64,000 bases of DNA, taken from NCBI GenBank assembly GCA_963794305.1, contig CAWCDQ010000017.1, positions 80,522-144,521 on the forward strand, read 5' to 3'. This document shows, piece after piece, positions 18,651 to 27,320 of this stretch (within the stretch, counting starts at the first letter, position 1; each line of letters opens with the position of its first letter). Source of the stretch: an uncultured Acidobacteriota bacterium (GTDB taxonomy: Bacteria; Acidobacteriota; Vicinamibacteria; Vicinamibacterales; CAVVIG01). A program made the position numbers and the translations under genes. The notes under the pieces were generated by a model. The model saw nothing but the letters and a program-made list of their open reading frames with translations, had not been told where the DNA came from and made no database searches.

Positions 18651-21287
18651 AGTTCTGCGGCGCAGCAGCAGCCGCCGCCGAAACCGAGCTTCCAGTCGTC
18701 GGTTGAGGTGACGTCGCTCGACGTGACGGTGGTGGACGACAGGGGCAAGCCGATCACCAACCTGACGCCGGCCGACTTCAACGTCCGCATCGACGGAAAT
18801 GCCCGGCGGGTCGTGACGGCGGAGTGGGTGCCGCTCATCACCGAGGCGAGCGCGGCGGCGCCGGCCCCGCCCGACGGCTACAGCACCAACGAGAGCGCCA
18901 CCGGCGGGCGCCTGATTGTCATCGCCGTCGATCAGCCGAACATCCGCTTCGGCGGCGCGATCGCCATCACGAAGGCTGCCAACGGGTTCATCGATCGCCT
19001 GCTGCCCTCGGACCGCGTGGCGGTGGCCGGCATCGGCGTCGGCGCGCCATCGACCGTGTTCACGTCGGATCGTACCCGCGTCAAGCAGGCCATCGCACGG
19101 ATGGTCGGGCAGAAGATGCAGGAGATGAGGACCGCGCACAGCATCGCGCTGGTCGAAGCCATCTCGATCGAGCGCGGCGATCCGGGCGTGCTGGAGAACG
19201 TGCTCTCGCGCGAGTGCGCGGGGTTGAGTTCCCAGGAAGTTCAGGCGTGCCGGTTCGAGGTCGAGACCGAGGCGCGCGAGAAGGGGCGCAGCGCCAACCA
19301 GGAAGGCAACGAGAGCGTGCAGGCGCTGACGGCGCTGTTCATCGGCCTGCGCGCGATCGACGCGCCGAAGACGCTGATTCTGATCAGCGAGGGGTTCATC
19401 GCCAACGAAAACATGTCGCGAATCATTGAGCTGGGCACGATGGCGGCGTCGGCGCGGACGAGCCTGTACGCGCTGAAGCTCGATAGCCAGTTGTTCGACG
19501 TGACAAACGCGCGCGCCCCGATCAACGCGTTTGCCGATCGCCAGGCCCAGGCGGAAGGGCTCGAGATGCTCGCCGCGTCCTCGCGCGGCGCGTTGTTCAC
19601 CGTCACGGGCACGGCCGAGTCGCTCTTCGAGCGCATCTCGTCCGAGCTCTCGGGCTACTACCTGCTCGGCGTCGAATCGGATGGCCGCGACAAGGACGGC
19701 AAGCCGCACCCGATCCGCGTCGACGTGCCGCGCAAAGGCGCCGTCGTTCGATCGCGGCGCCAGCTGGTGAACGCGGCAAGCGATCGGCCGGCGCCACGAA
19801 CCGCTCGAGCCGCCGCCAACGCCGCGCTCGCGTCGCCGCTGCTCGTGACGGCGATGCCGCTGCGGGTGGCGTCGTTCGCGCTGCAGGGACCGGAGCGCGA
19901 CAAGGTGCAGCTCCTGCTCCACGCCGACATCGGCACCGACTACCCGGCGTCGAAGGTCGTGTCGGTCAGCTACGTGATCACCAACGCCGAGGGGCGGGTC
20001 GTGGACACCAAATCGGCCGACATGCGCCTGCTGCCGGTGATGACCGGCGTGCCGTCGCCGTTGCAGTTCACGGCCGGCGCGAGCCTGCCGCCGGGCAATT
20101 ACACGCTCAAGCTCGCCGTCGCCGAAGGCGATCGCGTGGGCAGCGTGGAGCACGTGGTCCGCGCGGTGCTGCCGTCCGCCGCCGGCGGCCTCACGCTCAG
20201 CGAGTTGATGGTCGGCGGCCCGCTGGAGGTCGGCGAGCTGCTCACGCCGACGATTGGCTATCAGATCAATTTCAGCTCGATCCACGGCTACGTGGAAGCC
20301 TACGGCGCGAAGACCGAAGGGCTCACCATGGAGTTCGAAGTCGCCACGACACCCGACGCCCCCGCGCTCCTGAACGTCGACGTGCCGATCCACCCGGTGA
20401 ACGAGACCCGCGCGATCTTCACGAAGGTGATGCCCTCGCACCAGCTTCCGCCGGGCAAGTACGTGCTGCGCGCGATTCTCTCTGCCGACGGTGCGTCCAT
20501 CAGCACGCTGACGCGAGGCTTCGAGGTCGCGCCGCCGAAAGTGCTGTTGACCTCGGCGGAGGGCATCGGCAACGTGTCGGTGGATGCGGAGCTGTTCCTG
20601 CCGGTCGACGAGAACACGATGTCGCCCGTCTTCCAGCGCGACCTCGCGGTCGACGAGACGACGCTGGCGCCGTTCCGCGAGCGGGTGACGCCAAGCGTGA
20701 AGAGCGCGTTCGACCAGGGGGTGGTGTTCCTGGCCGCGGGCGACTTCACGAAGGCCGAAGCGAGCTTCAAGAAAGCGATCGCGCCCGACGTCGACAGCAC
20801 GTCGCCGCTGGTGTTTCTCGCGGCCTCATTCGCCGCCGCCGGCAAGGATCACGAGGCCGCCAGCGCGTGGCAGACGGCGCTCGTCGACGGCACGGATCTC
20901 CCGCAGATCTACGTCTGGCTGAGCGAGGCGCTCCTGCGGACGCACGACTTCGGCGGTGCGCGCGCGATACTCGAAGAGGCCGTCGGCAAATGGCCGGCCG
21001 ACACGCGCTTCACCAAGCCGCTGGCGATGTTGTACGGAACGTTCGGCCGCGGGCGCGAAGCCGTGCGCACCCTCGAACGCTACCTGGACGACCGACAGGA
21101 CGACCGCGACGCCTACTTTCTCGCGGTCCAGTGGATTTATACGGTTCACTCCGGCGGCGCGGTCGTGCACAGCCGCGCCGAGGACAGGAAACGCGCCCAC
21201 GAGTACGCCGAGGCGTACTTGCGGTCACGAGGACCGCAGGCAGCCCTCGTGAAGCAGTGGGTCGATTATCTGGATACCGACAAGTAA
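18609..21287 (+). CDS. secreted VWFA (TIGR03436-like) protein with C-terminal TPR-like region; start uncertain
   Basis: Intact long ORF (18291-21287). The conserved part starts at QQPPPKPSFQSSVEVTSLDVTVVDDRGKPI. The tail is TPR-like (AEASFKKAI...YLDDRQDDRDAYFLAVQW). The only in-frame starts near the hydrophobic leader are TTG 18609/18612. ATG 18547 (ATGA overlap with the upstream stop) is in another frame. Confidence 0.65.
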   Translation: MLVFLCALCVLRGSSSAAQQQPPPKPSFQSSVEVTSLDVTVVDDRGKPITNLTPADFNVRIDGNARRVVTAEWVPLITEASAAAPAPPDGYSTNESATGGRLIVIAVDQPNIRFGGAIAITKAANGFIDRLLPSDRVAVAGIGVGAPSTVFTSDRTRVKQAIARMVGQKMQEMRTAHSIALVEAISIERGDPGVLENVLSRECAGLSSQEVQACRFEVETEAREKGRSANQEGNESVQALTALFIGLRAIDAPKTLILISEGFIANENMSRIIELGTMAASARTSLYALKLDSQLFDVTNARAPINAFADRQAQAEGLEMLAASSRGALFTVTGTAESLFERISSELSGYYLLGVESDGRDKDGKPHPIRVDVPRKGAVVRSRRQLVNAASDRPAPRTARAAANAALASPLLVTAMPLRVASFALQGPERDKVQLLLHADIGTDYPASKVVSVSYVITNAEGRVVDTKSADMRLLPVMTGVPSPLQFTAGASLPPGNYTLKLAVAEGDRVGSVEHVVRAVLPSAAGGLTLSELMVGGPLEVGELLTPTIGYQINFSSIHGYVEAYGAKTEGLTMEFEVATTPDAPALLNVDVPIHPVNETRAIFTKVMPSHQLPPGKYVLRAILSADGASISTLTRGFEVAPPKVLLTSAEGIGNVSVDAELFLPVDENTMSPVFQRDLAVDETTLAPFRERVTPSVKSAFDQGVVFLAAGDFTKAEASFKKAIAPDVDSTSPLVFLAASFAAAGKDHEAASAWQTALVDGTDLPQIYVWLSEALLRTHDFGGARAILEEAVGKWPADTRFTKPLAMLYGTFGRGREAVRTLERYLDDRQDDRDAYFLAVQWIYTVHSGGAVVHSRAEDRKRAHEYAEAYLRSRGPQAALVKQWVDYLDTDK

Positions 21288-21290
21288 AGG

Positions 21291-21382
21291 GAACGATCGG
21301 AAGGAACCGCCGAGGACGCAGAGATCGCAAAGAATGTTTTTCTCTGCGGTCTTTGCGATCTCCGCGGTTCCTTCTGATCGTT
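21291..21382. repeat. family B palindrome filling the gap between convergent stops (VWFA-TPR / NYN)
   Basis: gatcggaaggaaccgccgaggacgcagagatcgcaaagaa - tgtt - tttctctgcggtctttgcgatctccgcggttccttctgatcg. About 32 of 40 arm positions pair. Followed by an 18/19-nt tandem duplication at 21374-21410 that includes the NYN stop codon. Confidence 0.8.
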
Positions 21383-21400
21383 TACCGGTTGCTGATCGTT

Positions 21401-22939
21401 TTACCGGTTGCCGAAGTCGTCCGAATGCGACGCGGGCGACTTCTTGCCCCGCGTCGATTTTCGGGCCGCCGGCTTTTTCGCGGCCGCCTTCTTCGGCGCG
21501 GCCGCCAGCGTAGGCCGCTGCGCGCGGGCGCGCGGCTTTCGCGGCTTGGCACGCCCGAGCAGCTCCGCCGTCGTGTCAATCGGGATCTGCGGGACCTGCT
21601 CCGCCTCGGTCTCGCTCGGCTCGGCTTCAATCGGCAAGGCCGGCGCCGCCTCGATCGGCTGGTTTTCGTACGTGTCTTCCACGTCTGGCTGCGGAAGATT
21701 CGGACGGCTCACATGCGCATGCGGGTGCGCGTGCGTCCCCACGCCCACGCCCTGCAGCGCCGAGCCCGGGAACACGCGAAGGCCGCCGCGCCTGTCGCGC
21801 TCGACGCGCACGAATCCCTCGCGCTGACACGCCTTCAGCAGATCCATCAGCCCGCCGAACCCGTAGCGCCGCTCGTCGAAGCCGCCTTCGGTCTGACGCA
21901 GAATCTGTTTGACGTTGCGCAGATACATCGGCCAGCGCGCGCCCGTGGCCGCGCCCAGAATGCGTCCTGCTTTCTGCACGCCGTCCGCCTGATCGCCGAG
22001 CGGAGGGCCGAGCGGTTCCTGGTGTGGCTGGTTGAAGCCTGCCGCTGGAACCGGGCCGGCCGGCGCCGGCGCCTGGAAGCCGTGCGACACCACCGGCGCA
22101 CTCTGCTCGGCCGGAAGCACCGGCGCGACAGCTCCCGCCTCCTCGCCTTCCGCGAGAGCGCGAGGCTCTTCGACGAAGCTTTCGTTGAGCTCCACCGTCA
22201 CGCTGCGGCCCGACGTCTTCAGGTGCACGTAGCCGGACTTCGCCAGCTTCTCGGCGAAGTCGAGGAACGACGAAGCGCCGTAGTTCCGCTCGGAGAACGT
22301 CGAATCGAGCTGCAGCAGCGTGCTCTTCAGCAGGCCGGTCTGCGGAGTGACCTCGCGGTCGGCGAGAATCTTCAAGGCGCGGCGCACCACCGGCAGAGCC
22401 TGCGCGATCGGAGCGCTCGCCGCGGCCGCCGGCATCGGCCGCCCTTGCTTGGCGGCGGCCTTGCGCACGCCCGAGAGGTTTTCGTAGGCGATGAACTCGT
22501 GGCAGTTGCGCTGCAGGATCATGCTCGTGAACGCACGGCCCCCGACGACGAACACCTTCTTGTCGTACTGCTTGAGTTTCTCGACGAGCGACAGGAAGTC
22601 GCTGTCGCCTCCGACAATCACGAACGCGTTGATGTGCGAGTGGGTGAACGCCATCTCGAGCGCGTCGAGCGCCAGGTTGATGTCGGCGCCGTTCTTGTCG
22701 CCGCCCGGCGTCATGTTGCGCTGGACCAGACGAATGGCATGTTGCGTCAGCGAGCGGCTGTACTCGCCCGAGCGGGTCCAGTCGGCGTAGGCGATCTTGG
22801 TGACCACCTCGCCGCGTTCCTTGATGGCGTCGAGGATGATGCCGACGTCGAATTGCTGGCCGAGTGTGGTCTTGACGCCAATCTCGATGTTGTCGAAGTC
22901 GATGAAAACGGCGATGTTCAGGCGGTCTTGATGAGGCAA
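21401..22939 (-). CDS. NYN (LabA/DUF88) nuclease-like domain protein with two OST-HTH/LOTUS-like regions and a Lys/Ala/Pro-rich basic tail
   Basis: Intact 512-aa ORF, TTG start. N-terminus IAVFIDFDNIE...GDKNGADINLALDA...VIVGGDSDFLSLVEKLK is typical of NYN. Two repeats of the ...FDERRYGF/FSERNYGASSFLDFAEKL... type. Tail is KPRKPRARAQRPTLAAAPKKAAAKKPAARKSTRGKK. Confidence 0.75.
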   Translation of the reverse strand: MPHQDRLNIAVFIDFDNIEIGVKTTLGQQFDVGIILDAIKERGEVVTKIAYADWTRSGEYSRSLTQHAIRLVQRNMTPGGDKNGADINLALDALEMAFTHSHINAFVIVGGDSDFLSLVEKLKQYDKKVFVVGGRAFTSMILQRNCHEFIAYENLSGVRKAAAKQGRPMPAAAASAPIAQALPVVRRALKILADREVTPQTGLLKSTLLQLDSTFSERNYGASSFLDFAEKLAKSGYVHLKTSGRSVTVELNESFVEEPRALAEGEEAGAVAPVLPAEQSAPVVSHGFQAPAPAGPVPAAGFNQPHQEPLGPPLGDQADGVQKAGRILGAATGARWPMYLRNVKQILRQTEGGFDERRYGFGGLMDLLKACQREGFVRVERDRRGGLRVFPGSALQGVGVGTHAHPHAHVSRPNLPQPDVEDTYENQPIEAAPALPIEAEPSETEAEQVPQIPIDTTAELLGRAKPRKPRARAQRPTLAAAPKKAAAKKPAARKSTRGKKSPASHSDDFGNR

Positions 22940-23091
22940 ATCTGATTCCTAGCGTTTGAGAGTCGCTTGTATGTTTCGCGTCGAACAACAGCGGCTGGAG
23001 ATTCCAGCCAGAGAAGCAGTGTTCGCGCCAGCCAACCTCCAGGTGAGGTTGCGGGGCGATTGTACTTCAAAACCGTAAAGCCGTGTCGGCG

Positions 23092-25512
23092 TTATCCGGA
23101 AGTGAGCGGCGGCGGGGCCTCCGGCGACGGCCAGATGACCCTGGTGAACTGGCCGCGCTGCAGCAGTTCCCGGCCTTTCCCGCCCCGCCCGGTCACCTCG
23201 TACTTGCCCGTGCTGATCGTCTGTTCCGCCCCGCGCGAGGTCTCGACGGTCAGCAAATCGCGGTCGCCCGTCGAGGCGATCGCGCCAAGCAGGCGGTCCT
23301 CGTCGCTCAGCTTGATGAGGAGCACCCCCTTGCCCGGTCCCGACAGGAAGTTCACCTCGTCGGCCTTGCACAGGATGCCGCGCGCCTCGGCGGTCGCCGC
23401 AATCAGGACCTCGTCGCCGGTGAGCCTGGCGACGTTGACGATCTCGGCGCCGTCGGACGGGCGGGCGTAGCGGCGCCCGGCGCGTGTGCTCGGTTCGACG
23501 AAGCCGTCGAGGTTGAAGCGCAGCGCATACCCGTCGCTCGATACCGCGACGGCGTGAACCGGCGCCGCATCGCCTTCCTTTTTCGGCGTGATGTTGCCGG
23601 CGACTCGAGGATCCAGGCTCAGGGCCGCGACGAGCTTCTCGCCGTCTTTCAGCTTGAACTGCTTCTGGATCGGCTCGCCGTAGCCGGTCGATGCCGGCAC
23701 GTCGATGATCTTGCTCGTGTAGGCGGCGCCGAAATTCGAGAAGAACACGACGCTGGCGCGCGTGCTGCCGGCGCAGACCGCCATCACCTGATCGCCTTCA
23801 CGCAGCCTGGTGGTCGACAGATCCTTCACTTCCTTCTGCCGCTTCACCCAGCCGTCACGCGAGACGATGACCACGTTGTCTTCGTCGACGATGAAGTCCT
23901 CGGCGGAGTACTCGGGCTCGCCGCTGTCGCTGGCAATCGCGGTGCGGCGCTTGTCGCCGTACGTCGTGCTGATCTGCTCGAGCTCGGACCGTACGAGCTT
24001 CCACCGGTTCTCTTCGCTCTTGAGCAGCGCGTTGATCTGCCGCGCCCGCGATCGCTTCTCCTCGAGCTCCTTGCGCACCACCAGGATCTCGAGGCGGGCG
24101 AGGCGATAGATCTTGAGCTCGAGGATGGCGTCGGCCTGCTCGGCGTCGAGCTTGAACCGCGCCATGATCTTCTCGGCCGAGTCGGCCTTGCCGTCCGACT
24201 TGCGGATGATCCTGATGATCTCGTCGAGGGCGTCGAAGACCGTTTCGAAGCCTTCGAGGATGTGGATGCGCTTCTTCAGCGCCGCGAGCTCGTGCTCGAG
24301 CCGCCTGGTGACGACCTCCAGGCGGAAGTGGAGGAAGTGCCAGAGGATCTGCTTGAGATCGAGCCGTTCGGGCCGGCCGACCTCGGGATTCTCGGTCGGA
24401 ATCAGGCAGGTGAGGTTGACCGCGAAATTCAGCTGCAGCGACGTGTGCTTGAAGAGATACGCCATGATCATCTTCTCGTCGGCGTCTTTCTTCATCTCGA
24501 CGGCGATGCGCACGTCCTCGGTCGACAGGTCCTTCACGTCGAGCAGCTGCGGCAGCTTGCGCGCGATGACCACGTTGGCGATCTGCTCGACGAGCTGCGC
24601 CTTGTTCACCGTGTACGGCACGCTGTCGATGTAGATCGTCTTGGTCGAACGCGTCTCCGGCCCGATGTCCCAGGTGCCGCGCAGGCGAACCGATCCCGAT
24701 CCCGTCTTGTAAATTTCCTTCAGCTCCTCTTGTGAATTGAGAATCTGCCCGCCCGTCGGAAAGTCGGGCCCTTTGACCCAGCGGCACAACTGCGCGGTGC
24801 TGAGCTCGTCGTTGTCGAGCAGCTTGACGAGCGCGGTGCAGATCTCGCCGAGGTTGTGCGGAGGGATGTTGGTGGCCATGCCCACCGCGATGCCGGTGGC
24901 GCCGTTCACGAGCAGGTTCGGCACTCGCGCCGGCAACACAACCGGCTCCGTCTTCGTGCCGTCGTAGTTCGGACGGAAGTGCACCGTCGATTGCTCAATC
25001 TCGGAGAGCATCTCGTCGCTGATGCGGGTGAGACGGCACTCCGTGTAGCGCATGGCCGCCGCGCTGTCGCCGTCGAGCGACCCGAAGTTGCCGGAGCCGT
25101 CGACGAGCGGATAGCGCAGCGCGAACGGCTGCGCCATGCGCACGAGCGTTTCGTACAGCGCCGAATCGCCGTGCGGATGGTAGCTGCCCATCACGTCGCC
25201 GACGACCTTGGCGCACTTCCGGTGCTTCGCGTCGGCGGTGAGGTTCTGTTCCCACATCGTGTAAAGGATGCGGCGCTGCACCGGCTTCATGCCGTCGCGG
25301 ACGTCGGGCAGGGCACGCGACGTGATGACCGAGAGCGCGTAGTTCAGGTACCGCGACTGCGCGGCCTCGTGCAGCGCGACGTCCGAAGTGCTGCCCGGTC
25401 CGTGGCCGCCGCCGCCCAGCAGCGCGCCGCGGGCCGCGGCGTCGCGGCCGGACTCGCCGCCGCCGGGGGGCTCGAGGTTGTCGAACAGGTCGGGTGATTT
25501 GCGTTTCGCCAT
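23092..25512 (-). CDS. type IIA DNA topoisomerase subunit A (GyrA/ParC family, ParC-like KPVQRR signature)
   Basis: Intact. [64 protein letters not shown] (catalytic Tyr). ATG 25512 ([10 protein letters not shown]) preferred over GTG 25569. Confidence 0.85.
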   Translation of the reverse strand: MAKRKSPDLFDNLEPPGGGESGRDAAARGALLGGGGHGPGSTSDVALHEAAQSRYLNYALSVITSRALPDVRDGMKPVQRRILYTMWEQNLTADAKHRKCAKVVGDVMGSYHPHGDSALYETLVRMAQPFALRYPLVDGSGNFGSLDGDSAAAMRYTECRLTRISDEMLSEIEQSTVHFRPNYDGTKTEPVVLPARVPNLLVNGATGIAVGMATNIPPHNLGEICTALVKLLDNDELSTAQLCRWVKGPDFPTGGQILNSQEELKEIYKTGSGSVRLRGTWDIGPETRSTKTIYIDSVPYTVNKAQLVEQIANVVIARKLPQLLDVKDLSTEDVRIAVEMKKDADEKMIMAYLFKHTSLQLNFAVNLTCLIPTENPEVGRPERLDLKQILWHFLHFRLEVVTRRLEHELAALKKRIHILEGFETVFDALDEIIRIIRKSDGKADSAEKIMARFKLDAEQADAILELKIYRLARLEILVVRKELEEKRSRARQINALLKSEENRWKLVRSELEQISTTYGDKRRTAIASDSGEPEYSAEDFIVDEDNVVIVSRDGWVKRQKEVKDLSTTRLREGDQVMAVCAGSTRASVVFFSNFGAAYTSKIIDVPASTGYGEPIQKQFKLKDGEKLVAALSLDPRVAGNITPKKEGDAAPVHAVAVSSDGYALRFNLDGFVEPSTRAGRRYARPSDGAEIVNVARLTGDEVLIAATAEARGILCKADEVNFLSGPGKGVLLIKLSDEDRLLGAIASTGDRDLLTVETSRGAEQTISTGKYEVTGRGGKGRELLQRGQFTRVIWPSPEAPPPLTSG

Positions 25513-25645
25513 GGATTCGGGGTCAGGAAGCCGGCCGCTAGAGTACTGCGAGCCGGCGGCGGCTGTCACGATTCACGAGCAAGTCGCCATTTTTCAACGT
25601 GTTTTCCTTCTATACATCTGATGCGTGATGTGTGATGATCCAGAG

Positions 25646-25876
25646 ATGAGGACGACCCTGGATATCGACGACGACGTGCTGCAGGCGGTGAAGGAGCTGG
25701 GCGGATTGCAGAAGAAGACGGCGGGGCAGCTGCTGTCCGAGCTGGCCCGCAAGGCGCTCGCGCCCGCGCCGCACGCACGCTCGCGGGTGCGAAACGGCGT
25801 GCCGTTGCTCCCGAGTCGTCCGGGCGCGCCGATCATGACGATGGCCGAGGTCAATCGCCTGCGGGACGATGTGTGA
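25646..25876 (+). CDS. vapB: type II antitoxin, VapB-like (MRTTLDIDDDVL class)
   Basis: Small ORF whose stop overlaps the toxin start (GTGA). The N-terminus MRTTLDIDDDVLQAVKEL is typical of antitoxins paired with PIN toxins. Confidence 0.7.
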   Translation: MRTTLDIDDDVLQAVKELGGLQKKTAGQLLSELARKALAPAPHARSRVRNGVPLLPSRPGAPIMTMAEVNRLRDDV

Positions 25877-26322
25877 GCGAGGCCGCGCTGCTCGACGTGA
25901 ACGTGCTGATCGCGCTGTTCAACGAGCACCACATCCATCACGAAGCGGCGCACGACTGGTTCGCCGATCACGGAGACCAGCGGTGGGCGACCTGTCCACT
26001 GACTGAAAACGCGTTCCTGCGCATCCTCAGCGACCCGTCGCAGCGCAGCATCCGTCTGCCGCTGTCCACGCTGGCCGATCATCTGGGCCGCTTCTGCCGT
26101 GACGAGCGGCACGAGTTCTGGCCCGACGCGGTCTCCATGTACGACGACTCTCTGTTCGACGTCTCGCTGCTGCACGGTCACCGTCAGCTGACCGACGTCT
26201 ATCTTCTCGGGCTCGCCGTCAAACGCAGCGGACGCCTTGTCACCTTCGATCAGTCGATTCCGATCTCCGTGGTGAGGGGCGCCACGCGGTCGTCGGTGGA
26301 AGTCATCGCGCTCGCCGAGTAG
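25873..26322 (+). CDS. vapC: PIN-domain toxin, VapC-like
   Basis: 149 aa. LLDVNVLIAL at the N-terminus and the acidic residues (D, E, D) are spaced as in PIN domains. Coupled to the upstream antitoxin. Confidence 0.7.
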   Translation: MSEAALLDVNVLIALFNEHHIHHEAAHDWFADHGDQRWATCPLTENAFLRILSDPSQRSIRLPLSTLADHLGRFCRDERHEFWPDAVSMYDDSLFDVSLLHGHRQLTDVYLLGLAVKRSGRLVTFDQSIPISVVRGATRSSVEVIALAE

Positions 26323-26332
26323 AGTTGCGATC

Positions 26333-27262
26333 ATGGTTTCTGAATCGATTCTCAAGGCTATCGGTAACACACCCGTCGTGCGTCTGCGCAGCGTCGTCGA
26401 ACCTGGCAGCGCCGACGTGCTCGTGAAGCTCGAGTACTACAACCCGACGGACTCCTACAAGGATCGGATGGCGCTCGCGATGATCGAGGGCGCCGAGGCG
26501 CGCGGCGCACTCCGTCCGGGCATGCGGGTCGTCGAGTTCACCGGCGGCAGCACCGGTTCGTCGCTGGCGCTCGTGTGCGCCGTGAAGGGCTATCGTTTCG
26601 CGCCGGTGTCGTCCGACGCCTTTGCGAAGGAGAAGCTCGATACCATGCGCGCGTTCGGCGCCGACCTTCTCGTCGTCGAAAGCGACGGCGGCAAGATTAC
26701 GCCGCCGCTGTTCGACCGCATGCGGGCGGAGGTGAAGCGAATGCTGGCCGAGGGCAACACGTTCTGGACCGATCAGTTCAACAACCAGGACGCGATCCAG
26801 GGATACATGGGGATCGGCCGCGAGCTGATCGAACAGACCGGCGGCAGACTCGACGCCTTCTGCGGCGCCGTCGGTACAGCGGGCATGTTGGCCGGCGTGT
26901 CGAAGGCGTTCAAGGCCGCCGGATGCGGCGCGCGGATCGTCGCGCTCGAGCCGGCGTCGGCGCCGCTGCTCACGCAGGGGCACGGCGGGCCGCATCGCGT
27001 TGAAGGGATCGCAGCCGGCTTCGTGCCGCCGCACCTGACGCCCGGCGTCTACGACGAGGCGCGCGTGGTGGACGAGGCCGAGGCGCGCGTGATGGCGAAG
27101 CGGCTGGCGAAGGAAGAAGGCGTGTTCGCCGGCACCTCGTCGGCGCTCAACGTCGTCGCCGCGCTGAAGCTCGCGAAGGAGCTGGGACCAGGCAAGGTCG
27201 TTGCGACCGTCGCGATCGATTCGGGATTGAAGTATCTCAACGGCGATTTGTTCGCCGGGTGA
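26333..27262 (+). CDS. PLP-dependent cysteine synthase family enzyme (CysK/CysM/CBS fold)
   Basis: Intact 309 aa. IGNTPVVRL, NPTDSYKDRMA (PLP lysine), GGSTGSS and GTSSALNV blocks. Confidence 0.75.
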   Translation: MVSESILKAIGNTPVVRLRSVVEPGSADVLVKLEYYNPTDSYKDRMALAMIEGAEARGALRPGMRVVEFTGGSTGSSLALVCAVKGYRFAPVSSDAFAKEKLDTMRAFGADLLVVESDGGKITPPLFDRMRAEVKRMLAEGNTFWTDQFNNQDAIQGYMGIGRELIEQTGGRLDAFCGAVGTAGMLAGVSKAFKAAGCGARIVALEPASAPLLTQGHGGPHRVEGIAAGFVPPHLTPGVYDEARVVDEAEARVMAKRLAKEEGVFAGTSSALNVVAALKLAKELGPGKVVATVAIDSGLKYLNGDLFAG

Positions 27263-27306
27263 GGGACGGCCTGAAGGCCGTCCCCTACGAGTGGCCGCCT
27301 TCAGGC
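27260..27306. repeat. REP-like GC hairpin with CCCCTACGAG tail (family A)
   Basis: TGAGGGACGGCCTGAAGGCCGTCCCCTACGAG (27260-27291): 9-bp perfect stem gggacggcc/ggccgtccc with loop tgaa. A second ccttcaggc copy lies 7 nt downstream. Identical 32-mer at 33948-33979. Confidence 0.85.
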
Positions 27307-27320
27307 AGAACCGCGACTCG

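Noticed and set aside
22993-23051. Two hairpins downstream of the topoisomerase A gene (caacctc-caggt-gaggttg at 23033-23051; ggctgga-gat-tccagcc at 22993-23009) considered as intrinsic terminators.
   Set aside because: Neither is followed by a convincing U-tract on the gene strand, so they are not reported as features.
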